Below, one piece after another: positions 37,378 to 46,884 of a stretch of 64,000 nt of DNA; position 1 is the stretch's first letter, and the number at the start of each line of letters is the position of its first letter. The notes below the pieces were generated by a model that saw only the letters and a program-made list of their open reading frames with translations, made no database searches and was not told where the DNA came from. The position numbers and the translations under genes were made by a program. This DNA comes from a virus (lineage: Duplodnaviria > Heunggongvirae > Uroviricota > Caudoviricetes), in IMG/VR virus record IMGVR_UViG_3300032296_003759; one strand, given 5' to 3'.

Positions 37378-38475
37378 TTAAATATCTAAGTGATATGTAG
37401 CAGAATCAAAATCTATTAAATATATAATAGGTGTTGTACCAACAGTTCCGGTATAAGTAAATTTTATTCCTAACTTACCAGAGGAAACATAAATATTATA
37501 TCCAGTAAATGCACTACCAGAATAGTTATAAATAGATTTTAAAACAGATTGTCTAGATACTTCTGCAGGAGATATTGGATCTGAACTACCTACAGGAAAA
37601 GTAAATAGAGATGATGCATCAACAGATGATGTATTAGCAGGAAAAACAATACTTGCTGAAGCCCTACCTTTAAATTCTATTGTTCCATCAAATCTAAATC
37701 TATAAAAAGCATTTGAACTAGGAATTGTAACAGAACCAGAACCAATTATTGGTAAAGGTTTCCAAACTCCATCAAAAGATTTTCTTATAGGAAATACAGA
37801 AGGATTTGTAAAAATAACATATGGATCTGAATTTGTACCACTTCCAGTTACTTGCACTACTCCATTAGGAGCTTGTTGAATTTTTGTTTCTGACCCATTA
37901 GGTGCAACATAAGTAGTTTTAAGTTTACCATCTGGACCAAGGGTAAGTGCATTTCCAGGATCAGAAGATATATAATTTATTAGAGGTGCAGTTTCTATTC
38001 TAAGTCTTTGATTACCTATTCCTCCAACAACTGACTTAGATAAAAGTGGTCCAACTTCTACTTTATTATTTAAGAAACTAGATGTAGTATCATTAGGACT
38101 TACTTTTACATTTACATCTACTCCAGCTGGTCCGATACCTGTGCCTGCAGTAATTAAAAGTTTTTTATCACATCCATCACCAACTTGTGTAATAGCAACA
38201 TTCTGTCCAGGTTGAATTTTATTTATAAGATTGCCAGGACAAAAATCTTCATGATCTATTCCAACTTTACCTAATAGATCTGTTAATTCTGCAATTTTAT
38301 TATTTATTGCAGAAATAACTTGTTTACCATTCATGTCATTACTAACCTTAATATCATGGTGATTTCCAGGTTTTGTAACACACTCAAATGTTGTAGGATT
38401 TAGACATCCACAATTATCATAGCAAGGATCTGAGTTACAAGGATCTTTACATTCATCATTATGATTACAAGACAT
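37378..38475 (-). CDS. tail fibre/receptor-binding-like protein (365 aa) with Cys-rich N-terminus
   Basis: N-terminus is MSCNHNDECKDPCNSDPCYDNCGC. Gly/Ser/Thr-rich beta-type composition. It is the last gene of the structural block. Confidence 0.4.
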   Translation of the reverse strand: MSCNHNDECKDPCNSDPCYDNCGCLNPTTFECVTKPGNHHDIKVSNDMNGKQVISAINNKIAELTDLLGKVGIDHEDFCPGNLINKIQPGQNVAITQVGDGCDKKLLITAGTGIGPAGVDVNVKVSPNDTTSSFLNNKVEVGPLLSKSVVGGIGNQRLRIETAPLINYISSDPGNALTLGPDGKLKTTYVAPNGSETKIQQAPNGVVQVTGSGTNSDPYVIFTNPSVFPIRKSFDGVWKPLPIIGSGSVTIPSSNAFYRFRFDGTIEFKGRASASIVFPANTSSVDASSLFTFPVGSSDPISPAEVSRQSVLKSIYNYSGSAFTGYNIYVSSGKLGIKFTYTGTVGTTPIIYLIDFDSATYHLDI

Positions 38476-38497
38476 ATATTTTTGTTTTATTTAGTTA

Positions 38498-39334
38498 TTA
38501 GATCTCGGTTGTAGTTGTTGTAGTTGTTTCTTCTACAATTTCTTCAGTAGTGGTAGTAGTTGTACTTTCTATAATCTCCTCAGTTGTAGTAGTAGTTGTA
38601 CTATCTTCTATTGTTGTAGTAGTTGTAGTAGTTTCTATAATTTCCTCTGTAGTAGTACTAGTTGTACTAGGTTCTAAAGTAGTTGTAGATGTTGTACTTG
38701 TAGAAGTACTTGTTGTAGTAGTTGTATAGATAATTATATTTTCAAGGTATTGAATATAGTTAGAACATACAGTATACTTATCTGGAACAGGATCTAATGT
38801 ATCAAATCCTTTTATAAATAAGTATGTTACTAATCCTTGAGCAACTGTATTTTTTGCCCTTAAAAATATATCTTTTGGTCCATCTACTTTAAGAATAAAC
38901 CTATTAATATAAGTACTTTTCTTTGTTTTAAAAATATACCAAGAAGTAGGAACAATAGAAACTCCTAAATCTAATGCTTCTACTGCATCACAAAGATCAT
39001 GAGGATTTTTTGTATTAAAAGATACAGGAGTTACAAAACTATACTCAGTATCTCCAACTATAAGTTTATCTATAAATAAATTACTAAGATGACTAGTTTC
39101 CCAAGAAAATACATAGTAACCAGTATGCAAAGGTTCTAAATCAATACAATTTGATTCTGCAGATGCATCCGTAGTTAAATGATTTAAGTTAGTATAAGTA
39201 ACATCTGTAGCATCACTATTTATATATAGTGTTTGTCCAGCTGCTCCAGTCATTGAGTTACTTAGTCCGTCCAGTTTATAATTGATTGTAACTGAACCAA
39301 TTGTCCCAGTAATATTAATTGCACAAGATGACAT
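38498..39334 (-). CDS. tail fibre-like protein (278 aa) with C-terminal Thr-rich tandem repeats (TTTTTTEEIIE)n
   Basis: The C-terminal 75 aa are almost pure Thr with periodic EEI(I/V)E. Confidence 0.45.
   Translation of the reverse strand: MSSCAINITGTIGSVTINYKLDGLSNSMTGAAGQTLYINSDATDVTYTNLNHLTTDASAESNCIDLEPLHTGYYVFSWETSHLSNLFIDKLIVGDTEYSFVTPVSFNTKNPHDLCDAVEALDLGVSIVPTSWYIFKTKKSTYINRFILKVDGPKDIFLRAKNTVAQGLVTYLFIKGFDTLDPVPDKYTVCSNYIQYLENIIIYTTTTTSTSTSTTSTTTLEPSTTSTTTEEIIETTTTTTTIEDSTTTTTTEEIIESTTTTTTEEIVEETTTTTTTEI
38520..38700 (-). repeat. coding tandem repeat with a unit of about 36 bp (tttctataat(c/t)tcctc(a/t)gt(t/a)gtagtag(t/a)agttgtac)
   Basis: Four or more imperfect units visible on the plus strand. 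Confidence 0.6.
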
Positions 39335-39364
39335 AATTTTTTATTTTTATTATTAATTATTTAA

Positions 39365-39943
39365 TTAGTAAGAACCTCCTTCAACTCTAAATTCAAGTTG
39401 AATTCCTCCATCAGAACCATCAGCTTGACTTTCTCCCCAGCATACAAATGTAAAATCATTTAGAATTGATGGAACTGTAGTAATATTAATTTTAGTTTGG
39501 TAACCTCTTTCTTTACCACCTACTCTGAAAACATTTGTTATTAAAATTAGTCCTCTTAAAGGTGTAGCATCTATTGCTGCTTGTAAACCTGCCTTACTTA
39601 AAGAGAAGAAGTCTATATCATCAATATCATAATACTTACCGTTTACTCTAAATCCAAGTAATGTGACAGTATCATAGTTTACTGTTGGAGATTTATTTCC
39701 TGAATCAATAATATTAATTAGATCTCTTGCAGGATCTATCTTACTTGCTTCCTGTATTTTAACTCTAGCTGCAAGTGGTTTTTCAAACTTTTTTTCAATT
39801 TCATCTGCAAGTTGAGGACAGTCTGCACTATCAACTGCAGGATCTATACCTAATGTATATGCGGAAACTATTACTGCATTTGAAGGCAGTATTACACACT
39901 CTCCATTTTTTACCACAATTGTTGTCGCTTTTGGTGTAGACAT
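39365..39943 (-). CDS. hypothetical structural protein (192 aa)
   Basis: ORF. Confidence 0.55.
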   Translation of the reverse strand: MSTPKATTIVVKNGECVILPSNAVIVSAYTLGIDPAVDSADCPQLADEIEKKFEKPLAARVKIQEASKIDPARDLINIIDSGNKSPTVNYDTVTLLGFRVNGKYYDIDDIDFFSLSKAGLQAAIDATPLRGLILITNVFRVGGKERGYQTKINITTVPSILNDFTFVCWGESQADGSDGGIQLEFRVEGGSY

Positions 39944-39960
39944 AACTTAATTTTTTTGTT

Positions 39961-41079
39961 TTAACATTTTGGTGGTTGACTTTTTATTTCTAGTGGAGGA
40001 AGTTCATCAGGGCAACATTTTTCTTTTCTTATTTCTTTAAGTTTAGCTGTATATGGATTATCTTTTCCTGTTATATCATATTCTCTTGAAACTATCCTTC
40101 CTGCACAATCACATGGTGGTTCTTCAGGTGGTAGAGGACAAAGACAACCACAATATCCTCCTAAGATTTTTTTTATTTTATTTGTTGGACTGAGTGTGGT
40201 ATTTGTATTCCAAACACCTGCCTCTATAGGAAAATTTGGGCTTAAAGGACTATTATTATATCCATAAAAATTTCCGCCTGGTACTCTTGTATTTCCTTGT
40301 TTATTAAAACTTTCCCAGTATTCCCATCTATTCTGATGCCACATTATATATCCAATATTCTTATAATTATTATCAACATCAAATATTCCGTAGAATGTTT
40401 TATCATTGAATCTACCTTTTGGAACAGCTGATACACTTCTTGTTTCAGTTTTTCTAGGTGGTCCAATTCTTGTTATAAATTCCATTTGAATACAAAGAGG
40501 AAATATATAAAGATCTGGAACAGGTAGACTGGCAGAAAAACATCCATTATATAAAATATCACCATCAATATTTGTTAGTCTAAACCAAGCTGCTTCTGAA
40601 TGTGGACCAGTTCTACCACATAAAGTTTGACCACTTTTTATTGCAGTTTCAAATGTAACTCTAAGAAAGCAATTGTTAGGAGCTTTTGCTACTATTTTCT
40701 GAGCATCTATTTTTGATAATACTTTTTTATTATATCTAGAAAACGTACTAGAACTCCAGCCAGGGTATATATTTTTAAAATCCTCACAAGTTGGAATTCC
40801 ATAATATAAAGGTCCTCCTGAACCATCCCTATTATTCAATTTACCATGATCAAGAAATTCACCATTTCCAAATATCCCAAATAATGCACCATTGCACCCA
40901 TTATGTTGCCCAAGTCCACCATTTACAAAACATTGTGGCATTTCATATCCTGTCCCTAAAAAAGTAGCATCTTTTGAATCACCGATATAAATAGTCTCTA
41001 GTATTAATCCAACTAAAATATCACCACATGATACTGGTTTAGTAGTAGTGCTGGTTGTACTAGTAGTGGTAGTTGTCAT
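39961..41079 (-). CDS. tail fibre-like protein (372 aa) with Thr-rich N-terminus and Cys/Pro-rich C-terminus
   Basis: Starts MTTTTTSTTSTTTKPVSCGD and ends with a CGCLCPLPPEEPPCDC...CCPDELPP motif. Confidence 0.45.
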   Translation of the reverse strand: MTTTTTSTTSTTTKPVSCGDILVGLILETIYIGDSKDATFLGTGYEMPQCFVNGGLGQHNGCNGALFGIFGNGEFLDHGKLNNRDGSGGPLYYGIPTCEDFKNIYPGWSSSTFSRYNKKVLSKIDAQKIVAKAPNNCFLRVTFETAIKSGQTLCGRTGPHSEAAWFRLTNIDGDILYNGCFSASLPVPDLYIFPLCIQMEFITRIGPPRKTETRSVSAVPKGRFNDKTFYGIFDVDNNYKNIGYIMWHQNRWEYWESFNKQGNTRVPGGNFYGYNNSPLSPNFPIEAGVWNTNTTLSPTNKIKKILGGYCGCLCPLPPEEPPCDCAGRIVSREYDITGKDNPYTAKLKEIRKEKCCPDELPPLEIKSQPPKC

Positions 41080-41082
41080 AAA

Positions 41083-42363
41083 TTATAATGAAGTATAAGT
41101 TATGATTAATTCTGAATTCGGAGTAGTTGAAGTAAAGCAAACTTTACAACAATCAGCAGGACAAGCTGCACCTTGAACAGATACACACTTAATACATAAC
41201 TGTCCAGTTTTTTCATTATAAAGAGCTACATCTGCACTCATTACAAATCCACTTTGAGTATTTATAGGAGTTGTAGATAGATCTAATTCATAACCATCTA
41301 CAAGTATATCAGGTTGACTGAATACTTCTTGATATAATTTAATATACTTAACTGCTTTATTTCCAAGACCATCAATAATTTCCCATTTTGTACCAATAGG
41401 TTTATAGTCTTTAAATCCATCTGGTAAGAAACTTTTTGATCCAAAGAATAAAAGTACAGTTTGACAATCAAGATATTTAATATCAAAGTCAATAGTAATA
41501 TCTTCACAACTACTTCTACAGCATGTAGTTTCAATATATTTTATTCTTGTCAAAAGATTTGCAATTAATAATAGCGAGTTATTATAACTAGTTGCAAGAC
41601 ATGCTGGATTATTTTCCCATTGATTATCAAATTTAGTATTAATACTATTTATAAGATCTCCATCTAATAATAACCATTGATCATCTTCATTTAGACCAAA
41701 TACCCCTATTGCTCCATTTATATCACCTGGTTTACATAGTGCAGCTTCATACTGACATAATACAGTAGCTATATCAGTAATATTATCCTGAGCAGTTTTT
41801 TCTTTATCGTTTAAGCATATTTTGAAAGGAACAGACTGAGTATTTAATCTATCATTTATTATATTTATTTGAGACTGTAAATCTATTATCTTTCCTTCAA
41901 TAAATTCTATTTTAAGTTTATATGCACAAAGATTATCAATTATAAGTTGATCTAATTGCTGTCTTGTTATAGATAGACTATTACCTAAATTATCAAATTC
42001 AGCGTAACATTTTAAGTTTACTACAACACCTCTCTCTATTAGTAATTCACTAAGTTTTTCATTTAGTACATCTATAAAATCTTTTAAACATACTTGATTT
42101 ATTTTTACAAGATTAAGAATAGATATAAGAGTTATCTCTGCAGGTCTTTTCTGATTACATATATTAAGTAACTCATCTATATCAAAACCAGATATATCTT
42201 CACCTGCAAGTTCTTTTAATTTACTGATTATCTCAATAATTATATTATTAAGTGAATCACCATTACATATACCTAAAAAAGGTAAATCTCCACCATTCCA
42301 TTCAACACAGGAAGATGAAGTAGGTATACAGTTATCAACTACACAGTTGTTTAGTTTCTTCAT
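41083..42363 (-). CDS. hypothetical tail protein (426 aa), Cys-rich
   Basis: ORF. Confidence 0.55.
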   Translation of the reverse strand: MKKLNNCVVDNCIPTSSSCVEWNGGDLPFLGICNGDSLNNIIIEIISKLKELAGEDISGFDIDELLNICNQKRPAEITLISILNLVKINQVCLKDFIDVLNEKLSELLIERGVVVNLKCYAEFDNLGNSLSITRQQLDQLIIDNLCAYKLKIEFIEGKIIDLQSQINIINDRLNTQSVPFKICLNDKEKTAQDNITDIATVLCQYEAALCKPGDINGAIGVFGLNEDDQWLLLDGDLINSINTKFDNQWENNPACLATSYNNSLLLIANLLTRIKYIETTCCRSSCEDITIDFDIKYLDCQTVLLFFGSKSFLPDGFKDYKPIGTKWEIIDGLGNKAVKYIKLYQEVFSQPDILVDGYELDLSTTPINTQSGFVMSADVALYNEKTGQLCIKCVSVQGAACPADCCKVCFTSTTPNSELIITYTSL

Positions 42364-42506
42364 TGCATTTAATTTTTAATGCTAGGTCTTTTAATTTATT
42401 CTTTGAAGAATATGAACTGTCTTTTCTAGAAAAACATGTTTCAATAAAATATTTTTCTGAAAGTAATTTTTCATACTTTAGATTAGCAAATGCACATTTC
42501 ATATCA

Positions 42507-43055
42507 TTAACAGCAACACTCACCTTTATAATCTTCTAATAATTTTTTAGCATACTCGTATATTTCTTTTCCCTTTGCTTTATCTGAACACTCTTCTACC
42601 ATCCATTTAGCAGCAAGTATATACTCTTCAATTTCTCTAAGTTTTTCTCTATTTTTAATAAAGTCTTCTTTTGATAAATCACATTTATTTGAGATTAAAT
42701 CACACATTTGAGACTTTAAATCATTTAATAATAATGTAACTCTTAAATGTAAGAAATGTGATACAGTATGTATATTTGGTTTATATGATTGTTTTATTTC
42801 ATATATACCATCTTGAAGATCAATAAGTTCTTGTTTATAAGAAGCTTTCTTATATTGTAAATTTGAAGAGTTAAGTACAAGTGAAAAATTCTTTTCTACA
42901 TGAAAAGTAATCCACTTTAAACTATTTACAGGAAGAACTTCTATTATATAGTTCTCTAATTTATCATCAGTGAAATAATGAGAAGTATCAACAAGTCTCA
43001 TTACTTTTGCTTCATTACTGGAAGATACTTCTAATAATAGATCGGTGCTATTCAC
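42507..43055 (-). CDS. hypothetical protein (182 aa)
   Basis: ORF. Confidence 0.5.
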   Translation of the reverse strand: MNSTDLLLEVSSSNEAKVMRLVDTSHYFTDDKLENYIIEVLPVNSLKWITFHVEKNFSLVLNSSNLQYKKASYKQELIDLQDGIYEIKQSYKPNIHTVSHFLHLRVTLLLNDLKSQMCDLISNKCDLSKEDFIKNREKLREIEEYILAAKWMVEECSDKAKGKEIYEYAKKLLEDYKGECCC

Positions 43056-43104
43056 AATATAAGATAATTAAAAAATGTGATAAATTAAAATAATTCTTTA
43101 AATT

Positions 43105-43142
43105 AAAAAGGGTAGCAGAGTCACTGCCCTACCACCCTTTTT
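43105..43142 (-). terminator. rho-independent terminator directly after the 642-aa abundant structural gene (bulged 8-bp GC hairpin flanked by A5/T5)
   Basis: aaaaaGGGTAGCAGagtcaCTGCCCTACCACCCttttt, read directly. Confidence 0.55.
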
Positions 43143-43160
43143 AGGTTTATTTTCAGAGGA

Positions 43161-45089
43161 TTAAGCGTTTACCTCAAGTGATACACCAGACTTAGCAGTC
43201 AGAACATCTACAATTGATGTTTTGAATGTTTGTTGTGCAGCGTCACCATTTTTGAAAGCAAATACTGTAGTAAACTTCTCTTGCTCGTTCTTTCTATAGC
43301 TCTTACCATAAGAAGCTTTATAAGTAACATAGTAAAGAGTGTACATAGCATTTCTATCAACCATACTCAACAAATTCTGATCAAAAGCTTCTCTCATTCT
43401 AGGCTTCATTGAGAACTGATCAATATGTTTAACATAAGCATCAGTTTTCATAATCACCTCTCTTACAACATATTCACCAGATTGTCTACCAATTTGACCA
43501 ACTCTAGTTTGGAGAACTGTAGGCCAGTAAGCTACATCACATCTGTCTTCATCTTCATTCAGAAGAGAAAGTTCAAGCTTAATTGGCTCAGTTTCGTAGT
43601 AATCCAAAGGATCAAAAGAGCAATCTCCAAATTTAGGATCAATATAACCAGCAGTTACTCTAATACCACACTTTCTATTCTCGTTCTCTTGGCTAGGAGT
43701 ATGAACTACTTCCCAAGCTCTGTTTTCAAAAGCAGGAACCAAAGTATAGTTAAAAGTAACTACATTGCTAGCACAATCTTCTTCACTGAAACAATCATTA
43801 GACCACTGCTGTACAGTATAGTCATCAGCACAACTTGTACCTGCAATCAGAGTAAGTGTTTGAAGATCAATGCCATCAACACCAGCAATTGCAGTTTGAA
43901 TATCAGCCAGTCTATCGCCTTCTGCATCACAATCAGGTCTGTTAATTGATTTCAGTTTCAAAGTTCTTTTACCTCTTACACCTGTACCAGATTCAACCCA
44001 AGAAATAGGATCAGCATCTTCAAAAGTACAAACTGCAGGCTCACTATGAGAGAACTCAACAATATCAGCAACCAGAGCAGTTACAGCAGTTCCTGCAGCA
44101 ACTTTGATTTTGATAATTGCCATTCCGCCATCTTGACCAAGAGCAACCGCACTGTCAGCAGTATAAGCAGTATCTACAGCTGTTGTTACAGCAGCAAGAG
44201 TATCTGCACCAGAAAGATTTCTCTTAACAATATATACATCAGAAGCAGCAGTTAAAGTAGATCCATCAGGACAATCTCCACAAATAGCAGCAAGTACACT
44301 ACCTTTTTGTTCAAAGTCAGCAGGTTGAGAACCTTCACCACTTTGAACACAGATTTCATAAGTAGAGATAGAACCTTCTCTTTTTACTCTAGTAACTACA
44401 TGACCAGGAACTGTAGCTTGAACAGCTTGCAGAGATACTGAATCTCCATTATCACAAACTTTCAACTGATACTTAGTCATATTAGTTGGAGTTGCAGAGA
44501 AAGGATCAACTACCAGTTGAGCTTTTACTCCAAATTTTTGAAGTTCAACATGCTCATTGATTTTGTTAATCAATGCTTTTGTATGATCAAGACAGTCAGT
44601 AATTGCTTCAGGACAGTCAGAACCTTCACAAGGAGAAACACAATCTTCTTTCGGAGTATAAGAAACTACATACTCTTTAGGACCATTGAAGAATCTATAA
44701 ATGGGCTGACCATGGAAGTAGAACTTAATTCTAATAGACTTTCCTTTTTCATAAGAGAGACCTACAGAAGAAGCAGAGCCATTATAACCAATAACCCACT
44801 CCTCATTCTTTACTTCTTTAGGATGAGATACGTAGATATTCTCTACATCTTTTCCATAGAAGAAAGGAGATTTGTGACTTTCAGTTACAGGACGACCATA
44901 CCAGTCTTTTCCTCCAATTGAACCTTGAGCAAAGAAGAACTCTTTACCATTACCGCTTCCAGTTGCAACACTGAAAGTTTGTCTGTCAAACAGACCTACT
45001 TGACCAGCAGTTAATTCAGACGAATGACCAGCTGTGTCAATTCCACCAGTTACCACATAAAATGGCACGTGATAGCTAAAATTTTCCAT
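43161..45089 (-). CDS. abundant virion structural protein (642 aa); possibly major tail/sheath-like or an alternative MCP candidate
   Basis: Visibly less AT-rich codon usage than its neighbours, which suggests a highly expressed gene. A terminator follows it. No motif recognised. Confidence 0.4.
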   Translation of the reverse strand: MENFSYHVPFYVVTGGIDTAGHSSELTAGQVGLFDRQTFSVATGSGNGKEFFFAQGSIGGKDWYGRPVTESHKSPFFYGKDVENIYVSHPKEVKNEEWVIGYNGSASSVGLSYEKGKSIRIKFYFHGQPIYRFFNGPKEYVVSYTPKEDCVSPCEGSDCPEAITDCLDHTKALINKINEHVELQKFGVKAQLVVDPFSATPTNMTKYQLKVCDNGDSVSLQAVQATVPGHVVTRVKREGSISTYEICVQSGEGSQPADFEQKGSVLAAICGDCPDGSTLTAASDVYIVKRNLSGADTLAAVTTAVDTAYTADSAVALGQDGGMAIIKIKVAAGTAVTALVADIVEFSHSEPAVCTFEDADPISWVESGTGVRGKRTLKLKSINRPDCDAEGDRLADIQTAIAGVDGIDLQTLTLIAGTSCADDYTVQQWSNDCFSEEDCASNVVTFNYTLVPAFENRAWEVVHTPSQENENRKCGIRVTAGYIDPKFGDCSFDPLDYYETEPIKLELSLLNEDEDRCDVAYWPTVLQTRVGQIGRQSGEYVVREVIMKTDAYVKHIDQFSMKPRMREAFDQNLLSMVDRNAMYTLYYVTYKASYGKSYRKNEQEKFTTVFAFKNGDAAQQTFKTSIVDVLTAKSGVSLEVNA

Positions 45090-45113
45090 AATCGTTTTTT
45101 TGTTTTATGTTAT

Positions 45114-45767
45114 TTAATTATTGAACTCTGCTCTCTCTTGAGCCAGTATTTTTTGATTTACAGATTCTATATCTGATGCTATGATTTTACAAGCTTCATC
45201 AACTATAAGTTCACAGACATCATCTTTAAATTCTATAACTTGATCTAATTTTCTAAAGTCATACTTTTTAGGCAATCTATAATATATAAGATCTACCTTT
45301 TTTATATCAAATTGTTTAAAATGATATGCTTTTATCTTATTTGTAGATATAGTATGAAAAGTTTCTTCAAATTTAAAAGAAGGTATATGTCTAAGCATAT
45401 TTACATTTGCCTCCTCTCTTAAATAAGACGTTAGTGGTAATTGACAGTTATCTTTTTCTGCAGTTACATCTAATCTTTTGTAGAATAAATAGTCTTCAGG
45501 AATTCTTTCTGTTTCTACAAAATTATCCTTTTGTCTTATTATTAACCTTTCCTTTTTTAAAAGAACTTGTAGATCATCAACTCTTGTATCAGTTTCTTCA
45601 TCACCTTCTTGAGTTGCATTTTTTCCTCTTTTTTGTCTTCTTACCCACTCAAGAACTGCTTTATTGAAAGCTTCTTTCTTTTGGTAATCCCAGAGATTAT
45701 CATAATCTCCACTGGCACCTTTATTAAGTCTTATATCAATTTTAGCTGATGCTTCTCTAATTGTCAT
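45114..45767 (-). CDS. hypothetical head/tail-joining region protein (217 aa)
   Basis: ORF with an ATGA overlap to its neighbour. Confidence 0.5.
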   Translation of the reverse strand: MTIREASAKIDIRLNKGASGDYDNLWDYQKKEAFNKAVLEWVRRQKRGKNATQEGDEETDTRVDDLQVLLKKERLIIRQKDNFVETERIPEDYLFYKRLDVTAEKDNCQLPLTSYLREEANVNMLRHIPSFKFEETFHTISTNKIKAYHFKQFDIKKVDLIYYRLPKKYDFRKLDQVIEFKDDVCELIVDEACKIIASDIESVNQKILAQERAEFNN

Positions 45768-46759
45768 TACTCATTCCATTTTTTCTCAACTTGATCTCTA
45801 AGTTTCTCAAAATCACTACGGAACTTAGGTTTATTGAGTGTTTCTATTGCTTCTAATATTGTATTTCCAAGAACTGTGCCATCTTCTGTTACATACTTCT
45901 TTTCTTTCATATTTATCAGACCATAATATTCTCCTGATTTAATATAAGCTTCAGTATATAATTGGGCTTTAGTTTGAGAACTTTTCCATTTTTCAAAGTA
46001 ATCTAAGAATACTTTTGGACAGTTTTTCTTTTTCTTTGTAACTATCTTACCATCAATATATTTTATATGATAGTTTAATAAGTCTTTGAAAGGTGTTGCT
46101 TTTGTATAAGCACCAAATGCATTTGTATCATATTGAATACACCAAGCAAGTATGAAAAGAGCTTCTGGATTTTCTTCTTTTCTTAACTCAGAAAGTGCTG
46201 AGTGAGCATCACTTCTTGTGATGTTATCTTCATCATCAAATGTTTCATCTGTTTCTAGAGCAAGATAATGTGGAATTTGAAATCTTTCAGCCCACTCTCT
46301 TGTTGGTGCAACTAGATCAATAAATGCTCCAGATCCAATACTCAGATATAATAGAGCATGTACTGGTGATTTTGTTACATCATAGAAAACATCAATTTCT
46401 TCATTTGAAAGTGATAATCTAGAAACATCTCTATTCTCTTTCCAGAAAAATGTATTAGTTTCACTAACAACATCGTCACCTCCATAGAAATCTATAATAA
46501 GAGGTTTAAGATTGTTTATTGTTTTTTCAAAGATCTCTTTTTCTTGATCATTAAACCATTTAAAGAACTTTACTTTCTTGTCATCTAGTCCTGTATTGAA
46601 TACTAATCTAGCATCACCTTTTGCATCTAGACCTACTTTCTTACATTCTCTATCAGAGACTCTTTTAAATGGTTCGGAGACTCCAGTATATCTAACTATT
46701 ACATCTCCTTCTTTTTCTGCTTTACCAGCAGTGTTCTTAATTGCAAATTTAATATTCAT
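45767..46759 (-). CDS. hypothetical structural protein (~330 aa); start moved from the track's GTG (46816) to the ATG at 46759 (MNIKFAIKN...)
   Basis: The GTG start lies inside a GC-rich hairpin region. The ATG has an A-rich leader. Confidence 0.5.
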   Translation of the reverse strand: MNIKFAIKNTAGKAEKEGDVIVRYTGVSEPFKRVSDRECKKVGLDAKGDARLVFNTGLDDKKVKFFKWFNDQEKEIFEKTINNLKPLIIDFYGGDDVVSETNTFFWKENRDVSRLSLSNEEIDVFYDVTKSPVHALLYLSIGSGAFIDLVAPTREWAERFQIPHYLALETDETFDDEDNITRSDAHSALSELRKEENPEALFILAWCIQYDTNAFGAYTKATPFKDLLNYHIKYIDGKIVTKKKKNCPKVFLDYFEKWKSSQTKAQLYTEAYIKSGEYYGLINMKEKKYVTEDGTVLGNTILEAIETLNKPKFRSDFEKLRDQVEKKWNE

Positions 46760-46829
46760 ATGTTGGTTTTTAGTTGTAAGTTTAGTTGAGTATCCAGAAC
46801 CGCCACGTGGAGGCACTTACTGGTTCCAA

Positions 46830-46876
46830 GGAGGCTTCTTACGGGAAACCTCCCACTTTGACGGTAGATAACTACC
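46830..46876 (-). terminator. two GC-rich hairpins just downstream of the capsid-candidate gene (GGTAG-ttat-CTACC and GGAGG-n14-CCTCC); attenuator/terminator or processing structure
   Basis: Read directly. No clear T-run follows. Confidence 0.4.
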
Positions 46877-46884
46877 TTGATTTC

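Noticed and set aside
38520-38700. CRISPR array.
   Set aside because: The repeats are in-frame coding tandem repeats (Thr-rich) with no spacer structure. No cas genes are present in the window.
45767-46816. The track's GTG start (46816) and TTG start (60900) for two minus-strand genes, and the long N-terminal extension of 12562..14526.
   Set aside because: Downstream ATGs (46759, 60876, 14460) have A-rich leaders, remove gene overlaps and, for 60876, start a proper signal peptide.
46578-46871. Plus-strand 97-aa ORF spanning the GC-rich region between two minus-strand structural genes.
   Set aside because: It overlaps the 3' end of the upstream gene and the hairpin region, with no start context. 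It is more likely a chance ORF over structured non-coding DNA.
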